Source: Bryobacterales bacterium (GTDB lineage: Bacteria > Acidobacteriota > Terriglobia > Bryobacterales > UBA6623). Taken from it: a DNA stretch of 64,000 nucleotides. A program made the position numbers and the translations under genes. The stretch is from assembly GCA_965216545.1 (NCBI GenBank), contig OZ244172.1:1670763-1734762 (forward strand). The letters run 5' to 3'. Below, piece by piece: positions 8,928-18,721 of this stretch (position 1 is the first letter of the stretch; every line of letters starts with the position of its first letter). The notes below the pieces were generated by a model that was given only the letters and a program-made list of their open reading frames with translations, had not been told where the DNA came from and made no database searches.

Positions 8928-9521
8928 CTATTCGGCCAGATGCTTGCCCATCTCGTAGACGTAGATGCGGTGAGCGCGCGAGTCGCCGTCGAGCTCGATC
9001 GTCTTCGACGCTTTCCAGCCGCGGAACTGGAAGTCGTGGGAGACCACGCGCGCGCCCTCGGCGAGCTCCTTCTCGAACTTGGGCTTGAGCTGCTCGTTGG
9101 ATGAGCTGAGCAGGTAGACGGTCACCACCGTGGCCGGGCTCAAGTCGGCTTCCATCAAGTGGGCTTGCTGCACGCTGACCAACTCGGCGAGCCCGAGCTC
9201 GTCGACGGTCTTGCGCGTTCGGGCGACCAGCGTGGGATTGATCTCGATGCCGACGGCTTTGGCTTTGAATTTCTGAGCGGCGGCGATGAGGATGCGACCG
9301 TCTCCCGAGCCGAGATCGTAGACGGTGTCGTTCTCGCTGGTCCCGGCGGCTTCGAGCATCTGCTCGACCACCAGCTCAGGAGTCGGCACGTAGGGGGCGA
9401 GGGTGCGCGGGTCGAGGATCTGGTTCTGGGCCGACAAGCTGCCGGCCGAGACGGCCGCGAGCACCGCCGGGGCCATGCGGCGGGTGAGCGAGCGGCGACG
9501 TGCGCCTAGTTTTGCGAGCAT
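8928..9521 (-). CDS. Class I SAM-dependent methyltransferase with N-terminal signal/anchor
   Basis: Motif I 'VYDLGSGDGRILIAAA'. Start moved to the second ATG (9521) because AGGAGA lies 9 nt upstream of it. N-terminus MLAKLGARRRSLTRRMAPAVLAAVSAGSLSA. Confidence 0.75.
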   Translation of the reverse strand: MLAKLGARRRSLTRRMAPAVLAAVSAGSLSAQNQILDPRTLAPYVPTPELVVEQMLEAAGTSENDTVYDLGSGDGRILIAAAQKFKAKAVGIEINPTLVARTRKTVDELGLAELVSVQQAHLMEADLSPATVVTVYLLSSSNEQLKPKFEKELAEGARVVSHDFQFRGWKASKTIELDGDSRAHRIYVYEMGKHLAE

Positions 9522-9720
9522 TTTTTTCGTTCTCCTGCTGTGGAAGAGGAGGTACACGGTCTCAACCTTCTAATCGACAGACGGCTGCCGGCTTGGTCTG
9601 GTGTACAGCAACTTCGGCGAACCGAATCAAACGCTGACGAGAGCCCCTGAAGCTCTCACTGATTCGTACTGTAACACGGGCGATTGAGAGTAAGCGGTTC
9701 GTTTTGATACGGTTGCGCCC

Positions 9721-10722
9721 ATGAAGGCCGCACGGATCGCCGAACCTCGCGCAGAGCTGCGCATCGTGGACGCGCCGGGGCCCGTACCGGGCGAAGGCGA
9801 GGCCGTGGTACGGCTCGAGGCCTGCGGGCTGTGCCGCTCGGACTTGTTCATCCAATCGCTCGAAAGCTTGCCGCACGCGCCGCTGACCTTGGGTCATGAG
9901 GGGATCGGCGTGGTGGAGAAGCTCGGTCCGGGCGTAAAGGGGTTGGCGGCGGGCGACCGCGTGGGCCTGACCTACCTGTACTCGGGCTGCGGCGGTTGCG
10001 AGGCCTGCGCGGCCGGTCGGCCGGAGCTGTGCGCGCGGCAACGCAACCGGGGGTTTCATGTCGACGGCGCCTTTGCCGAGTTGGCGGTGGCGCGGGCGGA
10101 CTGTGTGGTGCGCGTCCCGGCTGAGCTCGAGGCTGCGGTAGCCGCGCCGTTGAACTGTGCGGGATGGACGGCCTATCGCGCCGTGAAGACGGCGGCGCTC
10201 GCGCCACAGGAATGGCTGGCCGTCTGGGGCGCGGGCGGCCTGGGGCAGTTGGCGATCCAACTAGCGAGGCTGGAAGGTTGGCGCGTGGCCGCGGTCGACC
10301 CCAGCGCCGCCAACCTCGAGCTGGCCGCCGAGGCGGGCGCCGAGCTGAGGTTGAACCCAGACCAGGACGATCTACGCAAGGCGTTCAAGTCGATTGGCGG
10401 CGCTCATGGGGCGATCAACTTCGTCGGCAAGGCCGCGGCGGTGCGGAGCGCAGTGCGGGCGGTCCGCCGCGGCGGCTGCGTCGTGCTGGTGGGGCTTGCC
10501 CCGGAGACGATCGAGCTGCCGCTGCTCGACGTAGTGCTCAAGGGGCTGCGTGTAGAGGGCAGCTTCCTGGGCCGGCAAGCCGACCTCGACGCCGTGTTCG
10601 AGCTCGCGGTGCGGGGTCGAATTCGGCCGGCGGCGCAGACTTGCAGCCTCGACGACATTCCCGCCGCGCTCGAGCAGATGCGCGCCGACGCGCTTGCGGG
10701 GCGAATGGTCGCCATGCTCTAG
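9721..10722 (+). CDS. Zinc-dependent alcohol dehydrogenase family (MDR) oxidoreductase
   Basis: 'EACGLCRSDL', 'GHEGIGVV' and the structural-zinc Cys cluster 'CGGCEACAAGRPELC'. NAD fold 'VWGAGGLGQLAIQLA'. Confidence 0.9.
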   Translation: MKAARIAEPRAELRIVDAPGPVPGEGEAVVRLEACGLCRSDLFIQSLESLPHAPLTLGHEGIGVVEKLGPGVKGLAAGDRVGLTYLYSGCGGCEACAAGRPELCARQRNRGFHVDGAFAELAVARADCVVRVPAELEAAVAAPLNCAGWTAYRAVKTAALAPQEWLAVWGAGGLGQLAIQLARLEGWRVAAVDPSAANLELAAEAGAELRLNPDQDDLRKAFKSIGGAHGAINFVGKAAAVRSAVRAVRRGGCVVLVGLAPETIELPLLDVVLKGLRVEGSFLGRQADLDAVFELAVRGRIRPAAQTCSLDDIPAALEQMRADALAGRMVAML

Positions 10723-10791
10723 CTGCAAACGTTTGGAAGAGGAAACCCGATAGAATAGGCAGAATCGGCGACCGCCGAGTCGCCCTGAGAG

Positions 10792-10807
10792 AGGCGTCCG
10801 CCTTTTT
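10792..10807 (+). terminator. Small hairpin plus T5 run downstream of the ADH gene, preceded by a second hairpin at 10767-10784
   Basis: AGGCG-tc-CGCCT followed by TTTTT. Upstream hairpin GGCGAC-cgccga-GTCGCC. Confidence 0.4.
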
Positions 10808-10840
10808 CGACCTCAACAACATCGCGGAGAACACCCCCCT

Positions 10841-12703
10841 ATGCCTGTCGCGCTCAACAGAGAAGCTCTCGCCGGACTCCAGGACAAAGCTACCAAGATG
10901 CGCATCCACTCGGTGCGCTCTACCACGGCTGCCGGAAGCGGCCATCCCACGACTTGCGCTTCGGCGGCGGAGATCATGTCGGCGCTGTTCTTCTCAGTGA
11001 TGCGCTACGACCCGAAGGACCCGGCGAATCCCGCAAACGACATCTTCATCCTCTCCAAGGGCCACGCAGCGCCTATCCTCTACGCAGCTTGGGCCGAAGC
11101 CGGCTACATCCCCGAGAAAGAGCTGCTCAATCTGCGCAAGATCTCCTCCGACCTGGAAGGCCATCCGCCCGTCACGCTGCCTTTCGTAGACGTCGCAACC
11201 GGCTCGCTCGGGCAGGGGCTATCGGTCGGCGTGGGCATGGCGGCGGCGGCGCAGCTCGACAAGCGCGACCAGCGCATTTTCGTGTTGATGGGCGACGGCG
11301 AAATCGCGGAGGGCTCGGTGTGGGAGGCCGCGGCGATGGCTTCCGAATACAAGCTCGGGAACCTGATCGCGACCGTCGACGTGAACCGGCTCGGGCAGAG
11401 CGAGCCAACGATGCTGGGGCACAACATGAACGCCTACAAACGGCGTTTTGCGGCGTTCGGTTGGAACGCGATCGTGGCGGACGGGCACGACGTGCGGGAG
11501 CTGTTGGAGGCCTACAAGTCGGCGCTCGGCAGTGACAAGCCGAGCGTCATCCTCGCAAAGACGTACAAGGGTCGCGGCATTCCCTTTGCGGAGAACGAAG
11601 ACAACTGGCACGGCAAGGCCTTCCCGAAAGGCGAGACGGAGCGGGAGGCGCTTGCGGCGCTCGAGAGCCAGCTCACAGGCTCGAAGTGGAAGTGGAAGCC
11701 GAACAAGCCCAAGGCGCTGCGACGTAAGGCTGCAAAGGCGAAGCCGCTGTCGCCGCCGCCTTACGTCAAGGGCGGTGACAAAGTCGCTTCGCGGCGGGCG
11801 TTCGGTACGGCGCTGGCGGCGTTGGCGAAATCGGATCCTCGGGTGGTGACCTTCGACGGCGACGTCAAGAACTCGACCTACACGCAAGACTTCGAGAAGG
11901 CTGCGCCGGCGCGCTTCTTCCAGAGCTTCATCGCCGAGCAGACGATGGTTGGCGCGGCCATGGGCGCTGCCTGCCGCGGCAAGGTAGCCTTCGCGGCGAG
12001 CTTCGCTTGCTTCCTCACGCGCGCCTATGATTTCCTGCGCATGGCCTCGATCAGCAAGACCAACGTCAAGCTCGTCGGCACCCACGCGGGCATCTCGATT
12101 GGCGAGGACGGGCCTTCTCAAATGGGGCTCGAGGACTTGGCCATGACCTCGGCGCTGCCCGACTACACGGTCCTATACCCCAGCGACGCCACTAGCGCAT
12201 GGCGGGCGATCGAGATCGTGGCGGAAACCCAAGGGCCAGCCTATGTGAGAACCAGCCGGCCCGCGACGCCGATCCTCTACGGTCCGAACGAAGAGTTCGC
12301 GCCGGGCAAGGCCAAGGTCGTGCGCAGGAGCGCGAAGGACCAGGCGACGGTGGTCGGTGCGGGCGTTACGCTGTTCGAGGCGCTCGAGGCCGCCGACAGG
12401 TTGGCGGAGGAAGGGATTGCCGTCCGCGTAATCGACCTGTTCAGCGTCAAGCCGGTGGACAAACGAACGCTCGTTGCGGCCGCGCGGGCAACCAACGGCC
12501 GCGTCGTGACGGTCGAAGATCATTTCGCCTCGGGCGGCGTGGGCGACGCGGTGCTCTCGGCGCTGGCCGAGGAGCCGGGCGTGCGCTTGCGCAAGCTCGC
12601 TGTGCGCGAGATCGCGCGCAGCGGCAAGCCGGCTCAGTTGCTCGACAAGTACGGCATCTCGGCCAAGCACGTGGTGCGGGCGGTGAAGGCGCTGCTGAAG
12701 TAG
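10841..12703 (+). CDS. tkt: Transketolase
   Basis: 'AAGSGHPTTCASAAEIMSALFF'. TPP-binding 'GDGEIAEGSVWEA'. Pyrimidine-binding 'FIAEQTMVGAAMG'. 620 aa. Confidence 0.9.
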   Translation: MPVALNREALAGLQDKATKMRIHSVRSTTAAGSGHPTTCASAAEIMSALFFSVMRYDPKDPANPANDIFILSKGHAAPILYAAWAEAGYIPEKELLNLRKISSDLEGHPPVTLPFVDVATGSLGQGLSVGVGMAAAAQLDKRDQRIFVLMGDGEIAEGSVWEAAAMASEYKLGNLIATVDVNRLGQSEPTMLGHNMNAYKRRFAAFGWNAIVADGHDVRELLEAYKSALGSDKPSVILAKTYKGRGIPFAENEDNWHGKAFPKGETEREALAALESQLTGSKWKWKPNKPKALRRKAAKAKPLSPPPYVKGGDKVASRRAFGTALAALAKSDPRVVTFDGDVKNSTYTQDFEKAAPARFFQSFIAEQTMVGAAMGAACRGKVAFAASFACFLTRAYDFLRMASISKTNVKLVGTHAGISIGEDGPSQMGLEDLAMTSALPDYTVLYPSDATSAWRAIEIVAETQGPAYVRTSRPATPILYGPNEEFAPGKAKVVRRSAKDQATVVGAGVTLFEALEAADRLAEEGIAVRVIDLFSVKPVDKRTLVAAARATNGRVVTVEDHFASGGVGDAVLSALAEEPGVRLRKLAVREIARSGKPAQLLDKYGISAKHVVRAVKALLK

Positions 12704-12736
12704 GGGTTCGGCCGCTGGACCCACGGCGCGCGCGGG

Positions 12737-13567
12737 CTAGGAGAGTTTGTAGGCATCCACCGCCGTGCCGCCGAGGATCCGTTCCTGGTCGCCTGTAGGC
12801 AGGTCCGCGATCCACTTGCGCACCAGCTCGGCCCAGCGCACATACTCCACCGCTACGATGCAGACCGGCCAGTCCGAGCCGAACATCAGCCGCTGCGGCC
12901 CAAAAGCGGACAAGACCGTATCGAAATACGGCTCGAGCTGCTCGGGCGTCCAATTCTGGTAGTCCGCTTCGGTCGCCATCCCGGAGACTTTGCAGTATAC
13001 GTTCGGCCGGTGCGCTAGCTCGACGAGGCGGCTCTGCCAGGGCGCGAGCTCGTTGGCCTTGATGCGCGGCTTGGCGATGTGGTCGACGACGAAGACCTGA
13101 TCCGGATGCCGGTCGACGAACTGGATCGTTTGCGGCAAGTGCTTTTCGAAGATCAGGATGTCGTAGACCAGGTCGAAGTCCTCGAGCAACGCGATCCCGC
13201 GATTGAAGTCGTCCCGCAGCATGTAACGCTCGTCGGCCTCGTCGTGCAGAACGTGGCGAACGGCTTTGAGCTTGGGCTGGCTGGCGAGCGTTTCGAGATG
13301 CTTGCCGACGCCGTCGTCGATGAGCGGGACCCAGCCGACGACGCCCTTGATGAAGTCGTTTCGGGCGGCGTGGCCGAGCAGGAAGTCGTTCTCCTCGAGC
13401 GTTTGTCTCGCTTGTACGCTGACCACGCCGTCGATGCCGGCGGCGGCGATCTCCCGCTCGAGATCGGCCGGGCCGAAGTCGCGCCGAATGGCCGCTTGGG
13501 CGTCGCTCATCCAGCCGTATTCCTCGGCGGAATATTTCCAGAAGTGGTGGTGCGCGTCGATCCGCAT
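12737..13567 (-). CDS. Amidohydrolase-2 family protein (lactonase/decarboxylase-type, e.g. L-fuconolactonase-like)
   Basis: Canonical N-terminus 'MRIDAHHHFW'. The track ORF extends to 13756, but that extension overlaps the divergent neighbour and looks non-protein-like. ATG at 13567. Confidence 0.8.
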   Translation of the reverse strand: MRIDAHHHFWKYSAEEYGWMSDAQAAIRRDFGPADLEREIAAAGIDGVVSVQARQTLEENDFLLGHAARNDFIKGVVGWVPLIDDGVGKHLETLASQPKLKAVRHVLHDEADERYMLRDDFNRGIALLEDFDLVYDILIFEKHLPQTIQFVDRHPDQVFVVDHIAKPRIKANELAPWQSRLVELAHRPNVYCKVSGMATEADYQNWTPEQLEPYFDTVLSAFGPQRLMFGSDWPVCIVAVEYVRWAELVRKWIADLPTGDQERILGGTAVDAYKLS

Positions 13568-13604
13568 GCGTCCCCCGATTGTAGCCGGGCTACAATGCGG
13601 AACG

Positions 13605-14540
13605 ATGAAACGCATCGTCCTGCTTCTGGCTATCGTCGCCCTGCCCGCCGCCGCCCAGATCAAGGTCGGCATCATCGGGCTCGACACCTCGCACGTCGTC
13701 GCCTTTACCAAGATCCTCAACGATCCGAAGAACCCCGACCACGTGCCGGGCGCCAAGGTCGTGGCGGGCTATCCCGGCGGCAGCCCCGACATCGCCTCGA
13801 GCCGTGACCGCCTCGCGGGATTCACCAAACAACTGCGCGAGGAGTGGGGCGTGGAGATCGTGCCGGACATCGAGACGTTGCTCGCGAAGGTGGACGTGGT
13901 ATTGCTCGAATCGGTCGACGGCCGCAAGCATCTCGAGCAGGTCAAGCCGGTGTTCGCCGCGGGCAAGCGCGTATTCATCGACAAGCCGTTGGCGTCGACG
14001 CTCGACGACGCTCGCGAGATCGCGCGGTTGGGCGCCAAGCACGACACGCCGTGGTGGAGCGCGTCGAGCCTGCGCTACTCGAAGGCGGTGTCGGATGTGA
14101 AGGTCGACGGTCTGACGGGCGCGGTCTCGTGGGGGCCGGCGAGCTATGAGCCGACGCACGAGCTCGATCTATCTTGGTACGGCATCCACCCCGTCGAGTT
14201 GCTCTACTCGGTGATGGGGCCCGGCTGCAAGCGTGTGCGGCGGGACTACCACGAAGGGTGGGACGTCATCACCGGCGAGTGGGCCGACGGGCGGTTTGGC
14301 GTCGTTCGCACGATTCGCGAGGGCAAGAAGTCCTACGGCGTGACGGCGTTCGGCGCGAAGAACGTGAAGGTCTCGACCGACGCGGGCGGCGCTTACGGGC
14401 CGTTGCTCAGGAACGTCGTCGAGTTCTTCAAGACCGGGGTCCCGCCGGTGCCGAACGAGGTGACGCTCGAGATCTTCGCCTTCATGGACGCGGCGCAGCG
14501 CTCGAAGCGGCAGGGCGGGGCGCGAGTCGAATTGCGCTAG
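13605..14540 (+). CDS. Secreted Gfo/Idh/MocA-like oxidoreductase
   Basis: Start set at 'MKRIVLLLAIVALPAAAQ' (signal peptide), followed by 'IKVGIIGLDTSHVVAF' Rossmann-like N-terminus. The upstream 113 codons of the track ORF are antisense to the amidohydrolase gene. Confidence 0.7.
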   Translation: MKRIVLLLAIVALPAAAQIKVGIIGLDTSHVVAFTKILNDPKNPDHVPGAKVVAGYPGGSPDIASSRDRLAGFTKQLREEWGVEIVPDIETLLAKVDVVLLESVDGRKHLEQVKPVFAAGKRVFIDKPLASTLDDAREIARLGAKHDTPWWSASSLRYSKAVSDVKVDGLTGAVSWGPASYEPTHELDLSWYGIHPVELLYSVMGPGCKRVRRDYHEGWDVITGEWADGRFGVVRTIREGKKSYGVTAFGAKNVKVSTDAGGAYGPLLRNVVEFFKTGVPPVPNEVTLEIFAFMDAAQRSKRQGGARVELR

Positions 14541-16126
14541 CCGAACCGCCGCTTCGCATCCATGGCCAGCACACGGGCCGCGCCTTTGCCGAAGCGCCCC
14601 TCGAACATCTTCGCGAGGCCGGTTTCGTCGTTCTGGGCGGCCAACCGTGCTAGCACTTTCTCCTGCTCCGCAAAGCCGGCGCGCGTGACAGCCTCGGCGT
14701 CGACCTGGGAGTCGAGAATCGCCCGCAGCTCACGCAAGACGCCCTGCGCCGCGGGGTCCAGGCTGCGGTCGTGCAGCTCCCCCGGGTCCTCATCTAAGTT
14801 GAAGAGCAGATCGTCGTACCAAGTGAAGTGGATGTATTTCCAGGGTCCCTTGCGGACCATGAACGAGCCGGTCGCGTTGCCCTCGGAATGACTCTCAGCG
14901 TAGGCCCAGCCGGGGTGCGGGCCGGACTCGCCCCGCATGAGCGGGAGCAGGGAATGGCCGCGCAGCTCGCCGCTCTCGCCGGCGCCGCTCCATTCGAGCA
15001 GGGACTGCACCAGGTCCACGTGGCTGACCGCGTCGGCCACGCGCCGGCCCTTCGGCACGCCGGGACCGGCAACCACCAGCGGCACGTGCGCGGCCGGCTC
15101 GAGCAGGTTGTTCTTGAGCCACAACCCGTGATCGCCCAGCGCCTCACCGTGGTCGGAGGTGTAGATAAAGATCGTGTTGTCGAGCTGGCCGCTCTCCTCG
15201 AGCGCCCTCCAGACCATGCCGATGTGGTCGTCGAGCTCGGTGATCAGGCCGTAGTAGCCAGCCCGCGCCCGCCGGATGCGCTGCTCGGGGATGGGCGTGG
15301 CGATGCGCTTGAAGTGGCGCAGCTCCTGGAACATCAGGTGCTGCGACTCGAGGTAATCCGCTGGCGCGTGCGGGAGATCGATCGCCTCGCGCGGGTACAT
15401 GTCCCAGTAGTCCTGCCGCGCAACGAAGGCCGGGTGCGGTGCGGTAAAGCCGACGTAGTAGCACCAGGGCCGGTCGAGCCCTTTGGACTTGCCGCGCACG
15501 AACTCGGCGCAACGCTCGGCGCGCGCCTTGTCGCGGTGGTCCTCTTCGCGCGGGCGGCCGTCGATCTGCGGGCGCTCGTTCCAGCGGCAGGCTACAGGGC
15601 TACGGAAGAGCGAAGTGATGTCTGGGCCCTTGTGGTGGCCGTGGTTGGTCTGGCGCTCTTCGAAGCCGATCTCGAAGTCCGGGTTGAGGTCGAACTTGCC
15701 GGTGGCTTCGGTGTGGTAGCCGGCGTTGCGCAGACGGGTCCCCCACGTAGGCCGGCTGCCGTCCCAGACGGTCGAGTTGCAGTAGGACGAGGTCTCGTGC
15801 GGGTAGAGCCCGGTCATCATACAGGCGCGTCCGGGCGTACAGACCGGCGAGCCGCAATAGGCGTTCTCGAAGATGACGCCTTGGCGGGCGATGCGATCCA
15901 GGTTGGGCGTCTTGACCAGCGGATGGCCGGCGTAGCCGGTGTATTTGAAGCTGTGCTGGTCCGAGCAGATGAAGACGATGTTGGGGCGTTGGCGGGCCGA
16001 TTGAGCGGAGGCGGCGGCCGCGGCGCCGAGGGCGGCCACGACCTCGCGGCGCGAGGGAGGACGTCTGGGCATCGGCTGCGAGGATAGCAGACCGCCGGGT
16101 GAGGCCGGAGCCGCCGCCGGGCTCAC
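14537..16126 (-). CDS. Sulfatase (formylglycine-dependent arylsulfatase family), Tat/Sec exported
   Basis: 'NIVFICSDQHS' and the sulfatase signature 'CTPGRACMMTG' (C-x-P-x-R). 'SRREVVAALGAAAAASA' signal. An alternative ATG at 16072 is at least as plausible as 16126. Confidence 0.85.
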   Translation of the reverse strand: MSPAAAPASPGGLLSSQPMPRRPPSRREVVAALGAAAAASAQSARQRPNIVFICSDQHSFKYTGYAGHPLVKTPNLDRIARQGVIFENAYCGSPVCTPGRACMMTGLYPHETSSYCNSTVWDGSRPTWGTRLRNAGYHTEATGKFDLNPDFEIGFEERQTNHGHHKGPDITSLFRSPVACRWNERPQIDGRPREEDHRDKARAERCAEFVRGKSKGLDRPWCYYVGFTAPHPAFVARQDYWDMYPREAIDLPHAPADYLESQHLMFQELRHFKRIATPIPEQRIRRARAGYYGLITELDDHIGMVWRALEESGQLDNTIFIYTSDHGEALGDHGLWLKNNLLEPAAHVPLVVAGPGVPKGRRVADAVSHVDLVQSLLEWSGAGESGELRGHSLLPLMRGESGPHPGWAYAESHSEGNATGSFMVRKGPWKYIHFTWYDDLLFNLDEDPGELHDRSLDPAAQGVLRELRAILDSQVDAEAVTRAGFAEQEKVLARLAAQNDETGLAKMFEGRFGKGAARVLAMDAKRRFG

Positions 16127-17316
16127 TCCACGAGCCTGCCCTGCTCGAGCGTGAGTAGGAAAGGTTGACGCCGCAAGCTGGTCGCCACGCCCTCGAAGGT
16201 GGCTAGCGTCCCGCGGGGCAGCGGACTGCGGCGACGGTTGGCCAGGCGCAGCAAGACCTCCGCTCTGCCGTCTTTCGTCGGCGCCAGACGCAACGCCAGC
16301 GGCCTCTCGGGAGGCTCGTTGGCCACGACATAGAGTCGCATGCGCGGCGTGCGCTTACCCTGCAGATCCGTCCATACGCCCTCTCCGTCGAGGCCTTCGC
16401 GTAGCCGTCGATAGGCGCACTCGAGCGGGCGCTGCTCGCAGAACGCTTCTTCTTCAATGGCCTTGCGCTGCTCTTCCGAGAGCACGCGGGGAGTCTCACG
16501 CGGCGGCAGCGCGTGCTCCGTCGCTAGCCGCTCGAAGTCCTGCAGACCGTCCAGGGTTCCCGCGTAGTCGCGGTAGACCTTGCGCAGGTAGGCGTGGATC
16601 TGCTCCCGGCTCGCTTCCGGTAGCTCCCCTGGCCCGGTGAGCACGGCCGCGCGGGCCAGAGAGAAGAAGGCGGCCTCGTTCTTCTCCGGATCGCGTTGAG
16701 CCATGATGCTCTGCGCCAACCAGTAGGAGGTCTGGGCCGATGCGGGCTCGACCCCAAGCGCATCGACGAGTCGCGCTTCCGCCGCGGCGTGCCGGCTGCG
16801 CTGCATGGCGACCCAGCCGAGCGTGCGCAGGCTGGCTGCGCGGGCTTGCCGCGCGGCGTTGTGCCAAGCTTCGGCGGAAACCTCGGGCGGACGGTTGTCC
16901 GCGTGGAAGCGGGCTTCGATACGACTCTCGAGCAGTGAGCGGGCGGCCTGCTCGGCGCGACGTAGCGCAGGCTCGTCGGCGGCGCCGGAGACCGGAGCGA
17001 GAGAAGCCAAGGCGTAGTGCGCCCCGAAGTCGTCGGGCTCGAGTGCAAGCACGCGCTCGGCAGCCCCGATTGCCCGCGGCGTATCGCTGGCTTCGCGGAA
17101 GGCGCGCAAGTAGAGCTGTGCGCGCAGGACCGCGAGGTCGGTGTGCGCGTATTCGTCCGTCCAGGCTCGGAGTGTTTCGAGACGCTTCGCCACATCCTTC
17201 TCGGCCAAGGCCCGTTGCACCAGGGCATACTCGCGTTCGTCCTTGGCCCGCGGCGGCTCGGCGGCGGCTACGGCAGCGATCGCAACACAGCACAGTAAGC
17301 AAAGTCGTCCAGGCAC
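16123..17316 (-). CDS. Secreted helical-repeat (TPR-like) hypothetical protein
   Basis: Signal peptide MPGRLCLLCCVAIAAVAAA. Ala/Leu/Arg-rich helical N-terminal half. Lies between the anti-sigma and sulfatase genes on the same strand. Confidence 0.6.
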   Translation of the reverse strand: MPGRLCLLCCVAIAAVAAAEPPRAKDEREYALVQRALAEKDVAKRLETLRAWTDEYAHTDLAVLRAQLYLRAFREASDTPRAIGAAERVLALEPDDFGAHYALASLAPVSGAADEPALRRAEQAARSLLESRIEARFHADNRPPEVSAEAWHNAARQARAASLRTLGWVAMQRSRHAAAEARLVDALGVEPASAQTSYWLAQSIMAQRDPEKNEAAFFSLARAAVLTGPGELPEASREQIHAYLRKVYRDYAGTLDGLQDFERLATEHALPPRETPRVLSEEQRKAIEEEAFCEQRPLECAYRRLREGLDGEGVWTDLQGKRTPRMRLYVVANEPPERPLALRLAPTKDGRAEVLLRLANRRRSPLPRGTLATFEGVATSLRRQPFLLTLEQGRLVE

Positions 17317-17367
17317 AGTTCCTCCTCGCCGCCACGGCGGCTTCGAATCGTGATAACGCGCCGGCGG

Positions 17368-17934
17368 CTACAGCTCCCGCAGGCTGAACATGCCGGCCAG
17401 ATCGGGGGGCGGCGCTGGCTCGAGCGTCGGGGGCGGGGGCCCGGCCAAAACCACCAACGGAACCAGGTTCGGGCGATAGCGCGGCGGCTGAAACCTCTCG
17501 AGCGGCCTGACCACCGGCAGCCCGCCTAGCGCGTGTGCGGGCAAGCGCGCCACAGAAGCGTGCATGACGGGCGGCGCGCTTTCGGCGGCGGCCAGCGCCC
17601 GAGGCGGCGGCTGGACCGTCGCTGCGGACGGCATCGAAAAGCGCTCCGGCGCAGGTTGCCCCCGCCCCAGCAGAAGACCAGCAACGAGCGCCGCAGCGAC
17701 TGCGCCCGCCGCCGCCGCACGAGTCGGCGTTCTAGCGGCGGCCGCCGCTAGAACGGCGCCGCAGTGAGGACAGGAAGCGGCGTGCCCGCGCTGGCGCCCG
17801 CCGAGCCGCTCCCGCGCAAGCGCGCCTAGCGGGGGACAGGCGGGAGCCCGTGAAGGATGCCGGGCGGGCGCGGCCGCCTCGCTTCGCCTGCGCATCCACT
17901 CGAGCTCCGCGGCCATGCGCTCGTTCGCCGTCAT
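17368..17934 (-). CDS. Putative single-pass membrane anti-sigma factor
   Basis: ATGA start/stop overlap with the ECF sigma gene (17931-17934). 'CPP...SCPHC' Cys/His cluster. One hydrophobic helix 'AAAAGAVAAALVAGLLLG'. Pro-rich C-terminus. Confidence 0.5.
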   Translation of the reverse strand: MTANERMAAELEWMRRRSEAAAPARHPSRAPACPPLGALARERLGGRQRGHAASCPHCGAVLAAAAARTPTRAAAAGAVAAALVAGLLLGRGQPAPERFSMPSAATVQPPPRALAAAESAPPVMHASVARLPAHALGGLPVVRPLERFQPPRYRPNLVPLVVLAGPPPPTLEPAPPPDLAGMFSLREL

Positions 17935-18539
17935 CGGTCGGCTCCCCGCGCGGCCGTCGCGGGCCGGAGCAACGGCTCGTCATCGGCCAGCAACCGGCGT
18001 AGGCGTTTGAGCGCCCGATCTCGGTGCGCGCCAACCGTGCCGCTGCGCAGCCCCAGAATCTCTGCCGTTTCCGCGTAGGTGAACCCCTCCCAGCAAGTCA
18101 GCAGAACGACGTCACGCTGGCGCTCGGTGAGCCGGCTGAGCGCGCCCGAGAGCCGCTCCTCGTGCAGCAGACGCTCCTCGGCGGAGGCGCGCGGGTCGAC
18201 TGCCTCCTCGCTATCGTCGGCCTGCCAAAGCCTCTCGAGGCGACGCGCCCAGCTCCGAATCAGGTCATGTCGGAGATTCGTTGCAATGGCAAAAAGCCAA
18301 GGGCGAAAGGCGCCGCGCGCGGGGTCGAATCCCGCCGAATGCGCCGCGGCTTTGTAGAGGGCAGTCTCGGCCAAATCCTCAGCGGCGTTGCGCGCCTCGG
18401 GCGGCAACCGCAGACGCAGAAAGGCCGTCAGCTCGGGAAACCGGCGGGCATAGATCGTCTCGAACGCTCGGTCGTCGCCGTCGCGGTAGGCGACGAACAA
18501 CTCCTCGTCAGACCGCACGCGCTTGGTTGATTCCGCCAT
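17931..18539 (-). CDS. ECF-type RNA polymerase sigma-70 family factor
   Basis: Region 2 'RFPELTAFLRLRL...DLAETALYKA'. Region 4 HTH 'VVLLTCWEGFTYAETAEILGLRSGTVGAHRDRALKRLR'. Confidence 0.85.
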   Translation of the reverse strand: MAESTKRVRSDEELFVAYRDGDDRAFETIYARRFPELTAFLRLRLPPEARNAAEDLAETALYKAAAHSAGFDPARGAFRPWLFAIATNLRHDLIRSWARRLERLWQADDSEEAVDPRASAEERLLHEERLSGALSRLTERQRDVVLLTCWEGFTYAETAEILGLRSGTVGAHRDRALKRLRRLLADDEPLLRPATAARGADR

Positions 18540-18721
18540 TCGCCTTCACTGCTGACTACGTTTCTAGACGCCGCGAACTTTACTTCGCCCCGAAAAAAAT
18601 CGCATCACGCTGCTCGCGGCGCGCTCGATGACGGGCCGAGGCGGGGCGCGGGTCGAGGCCATTCCGGTCGATCGCGTTCGAGAGCTGCTGCAGCGGCGCA
18701 ACCGAGCGCTCGGGGAGACGG

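Noticed and set aside
9600-9720. 'cgaaccgaatcaaa' and 'cggttcgttttgat' in the 5' region of the ADH gene, considered as a long-range hairpin or riboswitch
   Set aside because: The two halves are complementary segment by segment but not in inverted order, so they cannot form a single continuous stem. I recognise no known riboswitch core.
13266-13756. Mutually overlapping 5' extensions of the amidohydrolase (minus) and Gfo/Idh/MocA-like (plus) track ORFs
   Set aside because: Both canonical N-termini (MRIDAHHHFW at 13567; MKRIVLLLAIVALPAAAQ at 13605) lie internally. The extensions are antisense to each other's coding regions.
18540-18721. Search for a canonical ECF autoregulatory promoter (GGAAC-N16/17-CGTC) upstream of the first ECF sigma gene
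   Set aside because: No convincing match. Only weak GAAAC/CGT fragments occur at non-canonical spacing.
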